The notes beneath the pieces were generated by a model, which was not told where the DNA came from, did no database searches, and saw only the letters and a list, made by a program, of their open reading frames with translations. The position numbers and the translations under genes were made by a program. A stretch of 64,000 bases of DNA from an uncultured Bdellovibrio sp. (GTDB lineage Bacteria > Bdellovibrionota > Bdellovibrionia > Bdellovibrionales > Bdellovibrionaceae): assembly GCA_963932905.1 (NCBI GenBank), contig CAWVRN010000003.1:192001-256000 (forward strand), read 5' to 3'. Position 1 is the first letter of the stretch. Each line of letters starts with the position of its first letter. Below are positions 39,995-49,298 of this stretch, piece by piece.

Positions 39995-41520
39995 AAAGAG
40001 CCCTCCATATTTATCGAGTATTGTCTCTGTTTGGTCGTGTAGGTGTTCGTTGAAATCTTCAACAACTCTGCACCTTTTCTAATAGATGTCTCATTCCTGT
40101 GGAGTTCTTCAAAAATTCTTCTCTCAAAAATCTCTGTAGCTATCTTGAGGCCTGGGAAATCTGCGTCGATGAAATTAGTTCGCATCGTTTGGAGATGAGC
40201 AATATTCAAAACTTCATTTCTTTTTAAAGCAACAGGAACAGTGAGACCTATTGTCTTTTTCCATTCCTTAAGGTTTGGGCGACCACCTTCATCGTATTTG
40301 GTATGAGCAACAAGTCTCTCGACATCGTTTTCTATTCCGCGAATATTTCCCGGGATCTCATCTCTACCAAAATACTCAAGCAAGTCTTTCGGTAGATCAT
40401 GAATTTCAATTTGTTTATTTTTGTGTTCAGCACACGCCCTATTGAGAAATCCAGAAATAAGCGCTGGAATATCTTCTTTCCGATCACTTAGTTTCGGCAT
40501 CATAATTTCAAAGATTGAAATACGCATATAGAGATCTTCTCTAAATTTTCCTTCAGCAACTAGCTTCTTCAGATCCTTGTTAGTTGCAAAAATAAAGCGG
40601 GCATTGGTTTTAATAGGACGATTTCCTCCAACTCTATAGTATTCTTTTTCTTCAACTACTTTTAATAATTTGAGTTGAAGTTCAAGAGAAGCATCCCCTA
40701 CCTCGTCTAAGAAAATATCGCCATCTCTCGCAACATCCAGAAGGCCCGCCTTTGTCTGTTTTGAAGCATCCGTAAATGCTCCCGGTTCTGTGCCGAACAG
40801 AATGGCTTCGGCCATGTTACGCTCAGTCGCCCCTATATTTAACTGCACAAACTCACGCGCACTCTGTGATTTAGAATCTTTGCTGAACTCACTCAGTCTT
40901 CTTGCCGCCGCACCTTTTCCTAGGCCAGTATCCCCTAGTATAAGCACGGGTCTCGACGTTTCACTCAATGCATTTAATTTTTCGCTCAATCTTTGCATTA
41001 CCGGAGACTCACAAACATACGTCGAATAAAGGCCTTTTTTTCCCGGAGAACTATTTTTAGTTTTTGCGAAATCTTCAAAAAAAGACATGAATGATTTTTT
41101 AATTATTTCTAGTCTTAGTTCAGTAGACGCATCGTCAAATGATTTAAATAGATAATTTGATGCACCTAACTTAATTGCGCGAGCAATTTCTCTCGTCGAA
41201 ACATCTGAAGTTAAAACTAGAAACTGGGATAATGGTTGGATTGATTTCAATTCCACTAGAAAGTCGATACCGTTTAATTTCTTTCCCTTTTTATCAACTC
41301 CCAGATCTTTATCCAACAGTACTAAATGTATCTTACTATCCGCTAAGAGGTCCTTTGCATCGGTCACATTGCTTGCACAAAGGAAATTAATTTGGTCAGT
41401 ACTATTTAAAGTCTTCTCCTCAACCAATTTGGAAAATATTTTTCGGCACATACCTTCTGTTGTGGTCTGCCACATTGGCTCATCATCAATAATTAGAACT
41501 TGAATATTTTTAGAAATCAC
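39991..41520 (-). CDS. Sigma54-dependent response regulator (NtrC-type enhancer-binding protein)
   Basis: Receiver IIDDE..LLDKDL; GDTGLGK, GAFTDA, FLDEVG, FREDLY, PGNIR; C-terminal HTH. Confidence 0.93.
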   Translation of the reverse strand: MISKNIQVLIIDDEPMWQTTTEGMCRKIFSKLVEEKTLNSTDQINFLCASNVTDAKDLLADSKIHLVLLDKDLGVDKKGKKLNGIDFLVELKSIQPLSQFLVLTSDVSTREIARAIKLGASNYLFKSFDDASTELRLEIIKKSFMSFFEDFAKTKNSSPGKKGLYSTYVCESPVMQRLSEKLNALSETSRPVLILGDTGLGKGAAARRLSEFSKDSKSQSAREFVQLNIGATERNMAEAILFGTEPGAFTDASKQTKAGLLDVARDGDIFLDEVGDASLELQLKLLKVVEEKEYYRVGGNRPIKTNARFIFATNKDLKKLVAEGKFREDLYMRISIFEIMMPKLSDRKEDIPALISGFLNRACAEHKNKQIEIHDLPKDLLEYFGRDEIPGNIRGIENDVERLVAHTKYDEGGRPNLKEWKKTIGLTVPVALKRNEVLNIAHLQTMRTNFIDADFPGLKIATEIFERRIFEELHRNETSIRKGAELLKISTNTYTTKQRQYSINMEGSL

Positions 41521-41623
41521 TGAAGGCCCCCACCTTTTCGACGAGACTGACTCTAGTTTTTTTGTTTCAGTTTTTGAAGCGCAAATGTCTCACTCTGTAA
41601 AGATTCTATGTCTCAATCTTTGC

Positions 41624-41648
41624 GTCTCAATGTCTGAGACATTGAGAC
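41624..41648. promoter_or_regulatory. Perfect 12-1-12 palindrome, candidate upstream activator site
   Basis: GTCTCAATGTCT-G-AGACATTGAGAC; further TGTCTCA half-sites at 41586 and 41609. Confidence 0.65.
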
Positions 41649-41739
41649 ACCCATTTCAATTCTCCAAAAAACGTACTTTTCGATCATTACCTCAGAATTC
41701 TAACCAGTTAGGCCCTCATGCAAACATTGATTGAAGCCG

Positions 41740-41754
41740 TGGCATGGTACTTGT
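41740..41754 (+). promoter_or_regulatory. Candidate sigma54 -24/-12 promoter of the transfer region
   Basis: TGGCAT-GGTAC-TTGT versus consensus TGGCAC-N5-TTGC. Confidence 0.55.
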
Positions 41755-41812
41755 CGTAAAACTATGCCAACACCTTTTCCGAGCTGAAAAGTGACAATAT
41801 TTGGGGGTAAAT

Positions 41813-42115
41813 ATGAAAAACAAAATCACGAAAATTGATACTAAGACTAAGGAATTTTTATTCAAAAAGTGTCCTTCATGCCAAAGCACTGAAATTCTAA
41901 AACTCGAAGAAGATACAATTTGCCTAAGCTGCGATTGGAACTCCGCTCAAATGGATGTTACTTCGGGAAACTTCGAGAAGCGCCTCGCACTTAACGCCTT
42001 CGCCGCCAAACAAGAGAAACCAATTCGAGTAAGATCCAAGATTCTGCACCTTGATACTCCGGAATCAGACGCCACTCCAAATCAAGAGCATTTATCATTA
42101 GCGGCCTGTGAGTAA
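41813..42115 (+). CDS. Small zinc-ribbon protein
   Basis: CPSC..CLSC; GGGGG RBS. Confidence 0.65.
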   Translation: MKNKITKIDTKTKEFLFKKCPSCQSTEILKLEEDTICLSCDWNSAQMDVTSGNFEKRLALNAFAAKQEKPIRVRSKILHLDTPESDATPNQEHLSLAACE

Positions 42116-42118
42116 CTC

Positions 42119-42328
42119 ATGCTGGCTTATATTCTTGAAAATTCAGACGCAACCGATTCTCAAGACGGTTCGATTTTGGTGAATTCAAAAAATTGGTCAT
42201 CAGAAGATTGGGAAAACTATTTGAAAACAATTGAATCTGAAAATCCCGAGGAGGAAGTATATGTTGGTACTGCAAACGATCTCGAAAATTTCGTCGCGTA
42301 CAAAAAGAACAATTCGAGACTATATTAA
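42119..42328 (+). CDS. Small acidic hypothetical protein
   Basis: 3 bp after the previous stop. Confidence 0.5.
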   Translation: MLAYILENSDATDSQDGSILVNSKNWSSEDWENYLKTIESENPEEEVYVGTANDLENFVAYKKNNSRLY

Positions 42329-42476
42329 TGGTTGGATCTCCCATCATTCGATTGAGCATCAATGGAATTCTAGAGAGGCCGTCACTAAGTGGAGAAACGG
42401 AGACAAAATTAACGTAGCTCTCTAACCGCTCCAATCCAAGCCACTTTTTCAAATTCAAATGAGCAAAGGAATACCT

Positions 42477-42875
42477 ATGACAACTATTGATATTAAAAAT
42501 CGATTTCACGTTTATACCGGCTTCAAAGAAGCGGCTGGAGTGAGGAACGCACTTCAGGCAGGAGAAGCCTACGAGGTTAATTCTCCTGAAAAACCACACT
42601 ATATAGTTAAGATGTGGGCGTTTCCAAGAGAGCTGTTCTATTTGGTAGCTAACAAGACAGGAGACGGAAATTTCACTCTGTTTGCGAAAAAGGTTATCGG
42701 AAATGATGTTCCAACTTTTCGCCGCCCAGTCGGATTCGGTTTTGTTTCCAAAGATCTAAAGAGGCATCTTGAAATTCAATTCACGTTTCCAAGACAGCGA
42801 GTATTTATGAGCTTGTTTCCCGATCAGGTAACAATCGACAGTCTTATTTCGGAAAGTGGCGGAGTTGACCTATGA
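42477..42875 (+). CDS. Hypothetical beta-rich protein
   Basis: AAGGA RBS before MTTIDI. Confidence 0.6.
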   Translation: MTTIDIKNRFHVYTGFKEAAGVRNALQAGEAYEVNSPEKPHYIVKMWAFPRELFYLVANKTGDGNFTLFAKKVIGNDVPTFRRPVGFGFVSKDLKRHLEIQFTFPRQRVFMSLFPDQVTIDSLISESGGVDL

Positions 42876-43192
42876 GTTCGTTCGGCAATATTCCCGTAAC
42901 ACTACTATTTCGATGTGATCTTAGAGACACGGCAGCGCTCGTTGGACTTGTTGAAATGAAAAAAAGAATTGGCACCATCGCCTACACTGGCCCCCTAGAG
43001 ATGAAGAATCTGGATTATATTGGACTTCTTAATTCCTGGCTTCGCCTTCGCGGGCAGCCAATTATTTCGATTCACCCGCATTTAAAGGTCGAACAACTTG
43101 AACGAATAGTAGATCCAATTTCCGAATGGGGTTGGAAAACTTCAGAGTGTGTTGCTGCCATCAACTTAGCCGGACTGCCCTTACCAAATTAA
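42872..43192 (+). CDS. Hypothetical protein
   Basis: ATGA overlap; GGAG RBS. Confidence 0.55.
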   Translation: MSSFGNIPVTLLFRCDLRDTAALVGLVEMKKRIGTIAYTGPLEMKNLDYIGLLNSWLRLRGQPIISIHPHLKVEQLERIVDPISEWGWKTSECVAAINLAGLPLPN

Positions 43193-43210
43193 TTTTTATC
43201 AGGAGAAAAA

Positions 43211-43576
43211 ATGGAAAAGAAAATTTCAAACTCGATTAGTGCCTTGTACCTATCCGCTATCGCTACAACTTTGTGGTCGTTTATGGCTTTCCTTGAAATT
43301 CAACAGCTAAATGCTGGATTTGAACTCGAACCATTCACTACCCCATTCACAGCCATTCGTTTCGCATTCGGACCGATCCTATTTGGAGTTTTAACCTTTT
43401 TCGTTGCGCAAGAGCTCAGAAAAAAAACTAAGTGGTCGTGGATTTGCGCAATTGCTCTGTTCGTTTTCAATTCCGTCGGCTTCGCATTCGTATTTTCAAT
43501 TTATGGAATAGTACAATTGTGCGACCAGGAAGTAAGGGAATATTTTCTAAAGCAAATGGACTTTAACCTGAATTAG
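43211..43576 (+). CDS. Small multi-TM membrane protein
   Basis: AGGAG RBS; 3-4 hydrophobic segments. Confidence 0.6.
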   Translation: MEKKISNSISALYLSAIATTLWSFMAFLEIQQLNAGFELEPFTTPFTAIRFAFGPILFGVLTFFVAQELRKKTKWSWICAIALFVFNSVGFAFVFSIYGIVQLCDQEVREYFLKQMDFNLN

Positions 43577-43637
43577 CCTCAACGAAATCATTTCGTAAAT
43601 TTAAGAGCCACTTAACCCACAAACAAAGGAATGGAAC

Positions 43638-43919
43638 ATGAAAATGTCCAACGGTTTGTTTGCGATTGTGTTGGCTCTATCGTTGTTTATGCCACTTACA
43701 GGTTTCTGTAGTGTCGAATCCACCCTAGGGACAATTCAATCCAAACTAATAAATCAAATTCTACCACTATGCGCGGTACTGGGACTGGTGTTTGCCGCTT
43801 TCTCATTTTTTACGGGAAATGCAAATGCTCGGTCCCATCTATGGCTCGCGATTATGGGAATGGTCATTGGTTTCGGTGCGCCTAGTATTATGACCTTTAT
43901 TCGCGGCTTAGTTAACTAA
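43638..43919 (+). CDS. VirB2/TrbC-like pilin
   Basis: Leader plus two hydrophobic helices ending IGFGAPSI; sits before the VirB3/VirB4-like genes. Confidence 0.75.
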   Translation: MKMSNGLFAIVLALSLFMPLTGFCSVESTLGTIQSKLINQILPLCAVLGLVFAAFSFFTGNANARSHLWLAIMGMVIGFGAPSIMTFIRGLVN

Positions 43920-43958
43920 ATTCGAAATCTCATTAGCCACTCTACCCTTTTTTGCGGG

Positions 43959-44282
43959 ATGCAAATGCCATTAAAAACGGAACCAACTAGCCACAGTTTA
44001 GAAAGAAAATTATTAATATTAGGATACGAAGTTCCGGACGTCCTGGCTATTTTTCTGCTACTCTCAATCCTTAATTTTTTATTCGGATCAACAAACCAAA
44101 AATTACTTCTGGTCTGGCTTCCCGTCGTCGTTGTGGCGCTGGTACTAAAAATAGGTAAACGAGGAAAACCAGATAATTATTTAATTCATCTTGCAAAATT
44201 TCAGTTTAATCCAAAATACCTGTCTGCCTTCAGTGAGCCGTCGAACTCAAAACCTTCACCAAAAATAGGAAAAACAAAATGA
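43959..44282 (+). CDS. VirB3/TraL-like membrane protein
   Basis: Two TMs, KRGKPDNYLIH; ATGA overlap with VirB4. Confidence 0.65.
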   Translation: MQMPLKTEPTSHSLERKLLILGYEVPDVLAIFLLLSILNFLFGSTNQKLLLVWLPVVVVALVLKIGKRGKPDNYLIHLAKFQFNPKYLSAFSEPSNSKPSPKIGKTK

Positions 44283-46681
44283 TTTCTGCATTGGCCGACC
44301 ATCTTCAAATATGGGGATTCGAAGAAGATGCTATTATCTACACGGACGGCTCGCTTGGTTTTGCTCTAGAAGCCACTCCGGTCGACGTATCCACATGGAG
44401 TGACGAAAGACTAAATGATCTCTCTATCAATATCCAACAATTCCTAAATGGTCTTTCCCCAAACATCGATATCCAATTTGTTCAGGACATTCTGCCGGGA
44501 AACCAAAAGGTAATTGAACATCATCTTTTATTGGGAAGCGAATCCCACAATGAGGTGGCAAAATCACTGTGCAATGAGAGAGCACAGCTACTTAGGAAAG
44601 ATGATGAACTTGGTTTTTTACCGACTCATCAGCTTAAAGTAATTGTCCGAAAACCCCTTAGTAGTTCCCTTATTTCAACCCCGAAACTATTTTCGAAAGA
44701 AAACAATTTTCAAGAAATTTCTGAAGCTAGACTTAAAAGCGAAATCGACAGCCTGCTTCGCTTAAGAGATAACATTGTCCAAGGATTAACATTACTAGGC
44801 GTCACCTGCCGATCATTCACATCCGACGAAATTGCTTCGATACTTTATAAACAGTGGAATCCTTCCCGTCGAATACCATTTCAGTCCTATGACCCCGAAG
44901 AAGTACGGCAAACATTGCTGTATTCAGACGTTGCGATAAGTTTGGCGGGGTTCGCGATTGGTCAGACTCAATTTCGAGTGATTTCTCTGAAACAACTTCC
45001 AGAGCAAACGTACTCGTCGATGGCATCTCAGCTAAGAGAACTTCCCTTTAAATCGCGATTGTATACAACGATACATGTCCCTGACCAAATGAAAGAAATC
45101 CAAAATTTGCAAACTCAGAGAAGAATCGCGTATTCCATGGCAGTTGGAAAACGCACCGGCGTATCCGACATTGAAAGTTCGGCAAAGTTCCAAGACCTAG
45201 AAACTTTGCTGGAACAAATGATTGCCCAGGGGCAAAAAGTATTTCACGTCTCAACTACAGTTCTTCTTCAAAGCGAAGACGAAACGGATCTAGAAAACCA
45301 AGTGGATCTTACGCTTTCGAAATTCAGAGAAATGGGAGGAGCCGAAGGACTAACTGAATCACTAGCTAGTTTTGACATTTTTGCGCAGGTCGCGCTTCCG
45401 AACTCGCGCTGTAAAGAGCGGGTCAAAAAAATTAAAACCTCGAACCTTTGTGATTTACTTCCCATTTACGGTCCATGGCCGGGTCACAAAAAACCGAGCA
45501 TTATTTTAAAGTCCCGAATGGGCAACATATTGAGCTTTGATCCGTTTGATCCTTCTCTTTCAAACTTCAACTCACTAGTCAGCGGAGCCAGCGGAAGTGG
45601 AAAGTCAGCGATGACTAATCTCTTACTAATGCAAATGCTTAAAGAAAACGTAAAGGTATTCTTTTGCGACGTAGGCGGCTCGTACAAAAAATTAACCGAA
45701 AATCTCTCAGGCCAATATGTTGAATTGGGGACAAACGATCATTTAGCAGTGAATCCCTTCGATTTGCTGCCTGGTGAATCGCTACCTTCTCCTCAAAAAA
45801 TCAAATTTCTATTGGGATTGGTCGAATTAATGACTAGAGAGGACGGCTCTGAGCGTATTCCCAAATTAGCTAGATCCGAAATTGAATCTGCCATTCAGAA
45901 AGTTTATGATACACAAAAGAGCCCTACTTTATCACATCTTCGCACACTACTGCTCGAACACCCTGAGAAGGAAATCAAAAACTACGGGAGAATTCTTTCT
46001 ACTTGGTGTGGCGATACACCCTATGGCCGATTCATCGACAAGCCTACAAACGTTGAATTCCAGAAGGATATAGTCGCGTTTGATTTGAAGGGCTTAGAAA
46101 ACTATCCTGATTTGCAGGGAGTATGCCTATACATTATTACCGACCTTGTTTGGCGAGAGGTTCAGAAAGATCGGTCCCGAAAAAAATTTATCGTTTTTGA
46201 CGAATGCTGGAGGCTTCTGCGCGACGATGCCGCAATTCTATTTATTGAAGAAGTTTTTCGGACTGTTAGAAAGTATTATTGTAGTGCCATCGCAATAAGC
46301 CAGGATTTATCGGATTTTCTAAACTCCAAAATTTCGTCAGCGCTACTGCCAAACTGCACTATAAAATGGATACTCACTCAAAACCAGAGCGACTTTTCAA
46401 AAATGAAAGAATCATTAGGATTAAATGATAACGAAATTTCATTGATCCAATCACTTCATCAAAAAAAGGGTGAGTATGCGGAAGCATTTCTGGTCGCAGG
46501 CGCCGAAAGACGAACTGTCGCTGTTATTGAGCCAACACCGCTTGAACTTTGGATTGCGACGACCGATCCTCGTGATTTGGCTGAAATCGAGCAATTTAAG
46601 AAAACAGAACCTCAACTAAGCCAACTTGAAATCTTAAAGCATCTAGCCAACAAATTTCCAAGGGGCGTCGCCGCTTCCTAG
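44279..46681 (+). CDS. virB4: VirB4/TraC-family T4SS ATPase
   Basis: 800 aa; GASGSGKS, D.GGSY, NPF, FDECW, RKY..ISQ. Confidence 0.9.
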   Translation: MISALADHLQIWGFEEDAIIYTDGSLGFALEATPVDVSTWSDERLNDLSINIQQFLNGLSPNIDIQFVQDILPGNQKVIEHHLLLGSESHNEVAKSLCNERAQLLRKDDELGFLPTHQLKVIVRKPLSSSLISTPKLFSKENNFQEISEARLKSEIDSLLRLRDNIVQGLTLLGVTCRSFTSDEIASILYKQWNPSRRIPFQSYDPEEVRQTLLYSDVAISLAGFAIGQTQFRVISLKQLPEQTYSSMASQLRELPFKSRLYTTIHVPDQMKEIQNLQTQRRIAYSMAVGKRTGVSDIESSAKFQDLETLLEQMIAQGQKVFHVSTTVLLQSEDETDLENQVDLTLSKFREMGGAEGLTESLASFDIFAQVALPNSRCKERVKKIKTSNLCDLLPIYGPWPGHKKPSIILKSRMGNILSFDPFDPSLSNFNSLVSGASGSGKSAMTNLLLMQMLKENVKVFFCDVGGSYKKLTENLSGQYVELGTNDHLAVNPFDLLPGESLPSPQKIKFLLGLVELMTREDGSERIPKLARSEIESAIQKVYDTQKSPTLSHLRTLLLEHPEKEIKNYGRILSTWCGDTPYGRFIDKPTNVEFQKDIVAFDLKGLENYPDLQGVCLYIITDLVWREVQKDRSRKKFIVFDECWRLLRDDAAILFIEEVFRTVRKYYCSAIAISQDLSDFLNSKISSALLPNCTIKWILTQNQSDFSKMKESLGLNDNEISLIQSLHQKKGEYAEAFLVAGAERRTVAVIEPTPLELWIATTDPRDLAEIEQFKKTEPQLSQLEILKHLANKFPRGVAAS

Positions 46682-46691
46682 AGGTGTAAAG

Positions 46692-47378
46692 ATGAAAAAA
46701 ATCATAATTCCAATTTTTGTTATAGCGCTGTGTGGCTCGAAACCGGCCAAAGCTAGCATGTTCGGAGAGGAAAACGCTGTATTAGCCCAAATCCTAGCAA
46801 ATGCAGTCCAACAGTTAACTCAGCTCAGAAATATTCTTCAGACCGAGCGAGACAACGTAAACCTTATCCGTGATCTTAATCGAGGTATCAACGACTCGCT
46901 ATATTTGATGAAAACAATTAGTCCGAATTCGAATCCAGGAATATATAAGGATTGGGAGAAAGTATCAGACGCCATTTACAAACTAGAGTCTATTTACGGA
47001 GTTGCAGTTGAATCTCGAGATCGAAAAGTACAAAACGATACTGATCAAAGTATTGCCGAAGCTGTTTCGATGAATAATACCATTTATAAGTATACAAAAG
47101 AAATAGATGAAATCGGCGAACGGATCAAAAATTACAGCCATTCAGTTTCTCCCGGTGGGGCAGCTAAACTGACCGCCCAGTCAATGGGTGTAATGATCAA
47201 TCTCCAAAACGAAATGTTAAGGACTCAAGCTTCAGGCCTAAAGCTACAAGCTCAATCGCTTGCAATCCAGAATCGTAAAGACAAAGAGAGAACTCGGCAA
47301 ATGCTAGCTAGCGCTGAAGGACTAAATACAGCCCTTCAATCCGCTAAGCCTCAATTTAAACTTCCCAAATTTGAATAG
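46692..47378 (+). CDS. VirB5/TrbJ-like exported helical protein
   Basis: Signal peptide, Gln-rich helices, position between VirB4 and VirB6. Confidence 0.55.
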   Translation: MKKIIIPIFVIALCGSKPAKASMFGEENAVLAQILANAVQQLTQLRNILQTERDNVNLIRDLNRGINDSLYLMKTISPNSNPGIYKDWEKVSDAIYKLESIYGVAVESRDRKVQNDTDQSIAEAVSMNNTIYKYTKEIDEIGERIKNYSHSVSPGGAAKLTAQSMGVMINLQNEMLRTQASGLKLQAQSLAIQNRKDKERTRQMLASAEGLNTALQSAKPQFKLPKFE

Positions 47379-47386
47379 AGAATTTT

Positions 47387-48346
47387 ATGGACATTAGTTG
47401 GATATCATCTCAGGCAAAAGAAATTCACGATTTTTTCGTTCAGATATTCTATTCACTAGCAGTATTGCTCATCTTGGTTGGAGTAATTCTAGATTATTTC
47501 AAATTACCTATTGGAGGAGTGCCTTCTTTTGCAGTTTTAGTTGGCCGAGCACTAGTGGCGTCGATTTTACTTATCGCCTATCCTCAGATTTCCAATTGGG
47601 TTTCCACAATCGCCGACGCGGTTGCCGATCATCTTGGAAGTGCAAATCATTACTCAAAAGTCCTCGATGCTGCTGGGGAAACATTAATGAATCACTCCTG
47701 GTCTTGGACATCTATTGGTGACACAGTACTATCAGTCGCGGCAATGGCCTCTTACGGGATCTTGTTCCTTTCAGTGTATTTTTTCGACGCCGCTATAATT
47801 TACTGCCTCGTTCTTTTATACATTTTCTCTCCGTTACTAATTGCTTTCTACATTTTGCCGCAAACAGCCAGTATGACCACAGGAGCTTTTCGAACGCTAT
47901 TTGAAATCGCTGCCTGGAAAATTGTCTTTGCCGTAATGGGCACACTCCTTTGGAGTACAGCGCTGAATAGTTTTGAGCAAAAAGGCCAAAACTTTATCAC
48001 TCTCCTCGCACTAACCTTAATGTTAGCTTTCTCAATTCTCCTCACTCCTATAGTTGTAAAAAACTTAATATCAGGAGCGATTTCAAATATTGCAACTCAA
48101 ACGGCCGGGCTCGCGGCAATGGGAATAACGGCTGGATATGCGTCTCCCGCAGTTTTGGCTGGGCTTGCAAAAAAAGGCTCTGGGAATGCGTACAAATTTG
48201 GTTACAGACTGACTAAAGAAAAATTTAATCAATTTCGATCATCCTCAGATGAAAATAAGAAAAAACCAAAAGAGTATTCCAGAACGATTAAGGCGAAGAA
48301 AACTTCCGCCGCTACTTCTAAACCTAAACCTGCGGAGTCAAAATGA
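47387..48346 (+). CDS. VirB6-like polytopic membrane protein
   Basis: About six TMs, SPLLIAFYILP, basic tail. Confidence 0.7.
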   Translation: MDISWISSQAKEIHDFFVQIFYSLAVLLILVGVILDYFKLPIGGVPSFAVLVGRALVASILLIAYPQISNWVSTIADAVADHLGSANHYSKVLDAAGETLMNHSWSWTSIGDTVLSVAAMASYGILFLSVYFFDAAIIYCLVLLYIFSPLLIAFYILPQTASMTTGAFRTLFEIAAWKIVFAVMGTLLWSTALNSFEQKGQNFITLLALTLMLAFSILLTPIVVKNLISGAISNIATQTAGLAAMGITAGYASPAVLAGLAKKGSGNAYKFGYRLTKEKFNQFRSSSDENKKKPKEYSRTIKAKKTSAATSKPKPAESK

Positions 48347-48888
48347 AGTTTACTACAGCATGGGCAAATATCGCATCACAAAACATCTCACTTAAACTTG
48401 CGACCGTCACCCTTGCGGTAACAAGTATTGTACAACTTATTGCTATAATTAATTTCACATCTAAGGATCTGCCGGTTATCGAAAGAGGATGTTTCTCCAG
48501 AGCAATTATCGCGAAACCCCTTGAAAACGGCAAAAACGAAATTGAATCGTTTTTAGCTGAAGCCCTACCTATGCGCTTTGATACCCACTCCTACATCCGT
48601 GACGGTTTCCTTTCGCTGGAACAGCTCACCATTCGAGAAAAAGAGCTGTCCTCCTTAAAACAGAAAGAGATCTCCCAAAAATTAATTATTAGTGAAATCA
48701 AGAGTGACACCAAAGAAATCACGGTCAGGGCAGATAGATTAATGTCAGTGGGAAAGATTAAATCGGTATTGCCAATTCAGCTTACCATCGCTCTACAAAA
48801 AACTAACAGGACAGAGTCCAATCCATACGGTCTAGTTCTAAGCTCGGTTACGCAGGTAGAAATCAACGACAAAGATAACAGTCGATAA
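48343..48888 (+). CDS. VirB8/TraE-like bitopic protein
   Basis: One TM; C-terminal RTESNPYGL motif. Confidence 0.7.
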   Translation: MKFTTAWANIASQNISLKLATVTLAVTSIVQLIAIINFTSKDLPVIERGCFSRAIIAKPLENGKNEIESFLAEALPMRFDTHSYIRDGFLSLEQLTIREKELSSLKQKEISQKLIISEIKSDTKEITVRADRLMSVGKIKSVLPIQLTIALQKTNRTESNPYGLVLSSVTQVEINDKDNSR

Positions 48889-48929
48889 CAAATCATAAGA
48901 GACACAAATTTCAAAAGCTTGGACAAAAA

Positions 48930-49298
48930 ATGAAATACTTGTGTTTCTTTGCAATGCCTCTGTTTTCTATGAATTTGTATGCAGAAAGCGTTAAAACCAT
49001 AAAACTCTGCGAGAAAAGCGTCGCAAACATTTCCATTTCTTCAAAAGGTACGGTGCTGGATTTCCCGTCCGAGCCGGAAAAGATTGTCTTGGGTACAAAG
49101 AACTCCTTTTCCATCGAATATATCAGGAATGACCTTGCGATTTCTCCAAGTGCTATCGGATCGGCTTCCAATCTGTTTGTATACCTGCAAGGTAGACGAT
49201 TTGTACTAAACCTCTCGACTTCTCAGGGTGGTACAACTTTATACTTCATTAAAGACTGTGACGATGACAGAAGAGTGGTAAAAAAAAATGGAAAATAA
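48930..49298 (+). CDS. Short VirB9/TraK-like exported protein
   Basis: Signal peptide; TVLDFP..P, SNLFV; position before VirB10. Confidence 0.55.
   Translation: MKYLCFFAMPLFSMNLYAESVKTIKLCEKSVANISISSKGTVLDFPSEPEKIVLGTKNSFSIEYIRNDLAISPSAIGSASNLFVYLQGRRFVLNLSTSQGGTTLYFIKDCDDDRRVVKKNGK

Noticed and set aside
41754..41770. Minus-strand sigma54 promoter (TGGCATAGTTTTACG) for the signalling operon
   Set aside because: No TTGC-like -12 element at the required spacing
42117..42599. 160-aa minus-strand ORF and other antisense or nested ORFs in the track
   Set aside because: Shadow frames opposite or within better-supported genes; no RBS or motifs
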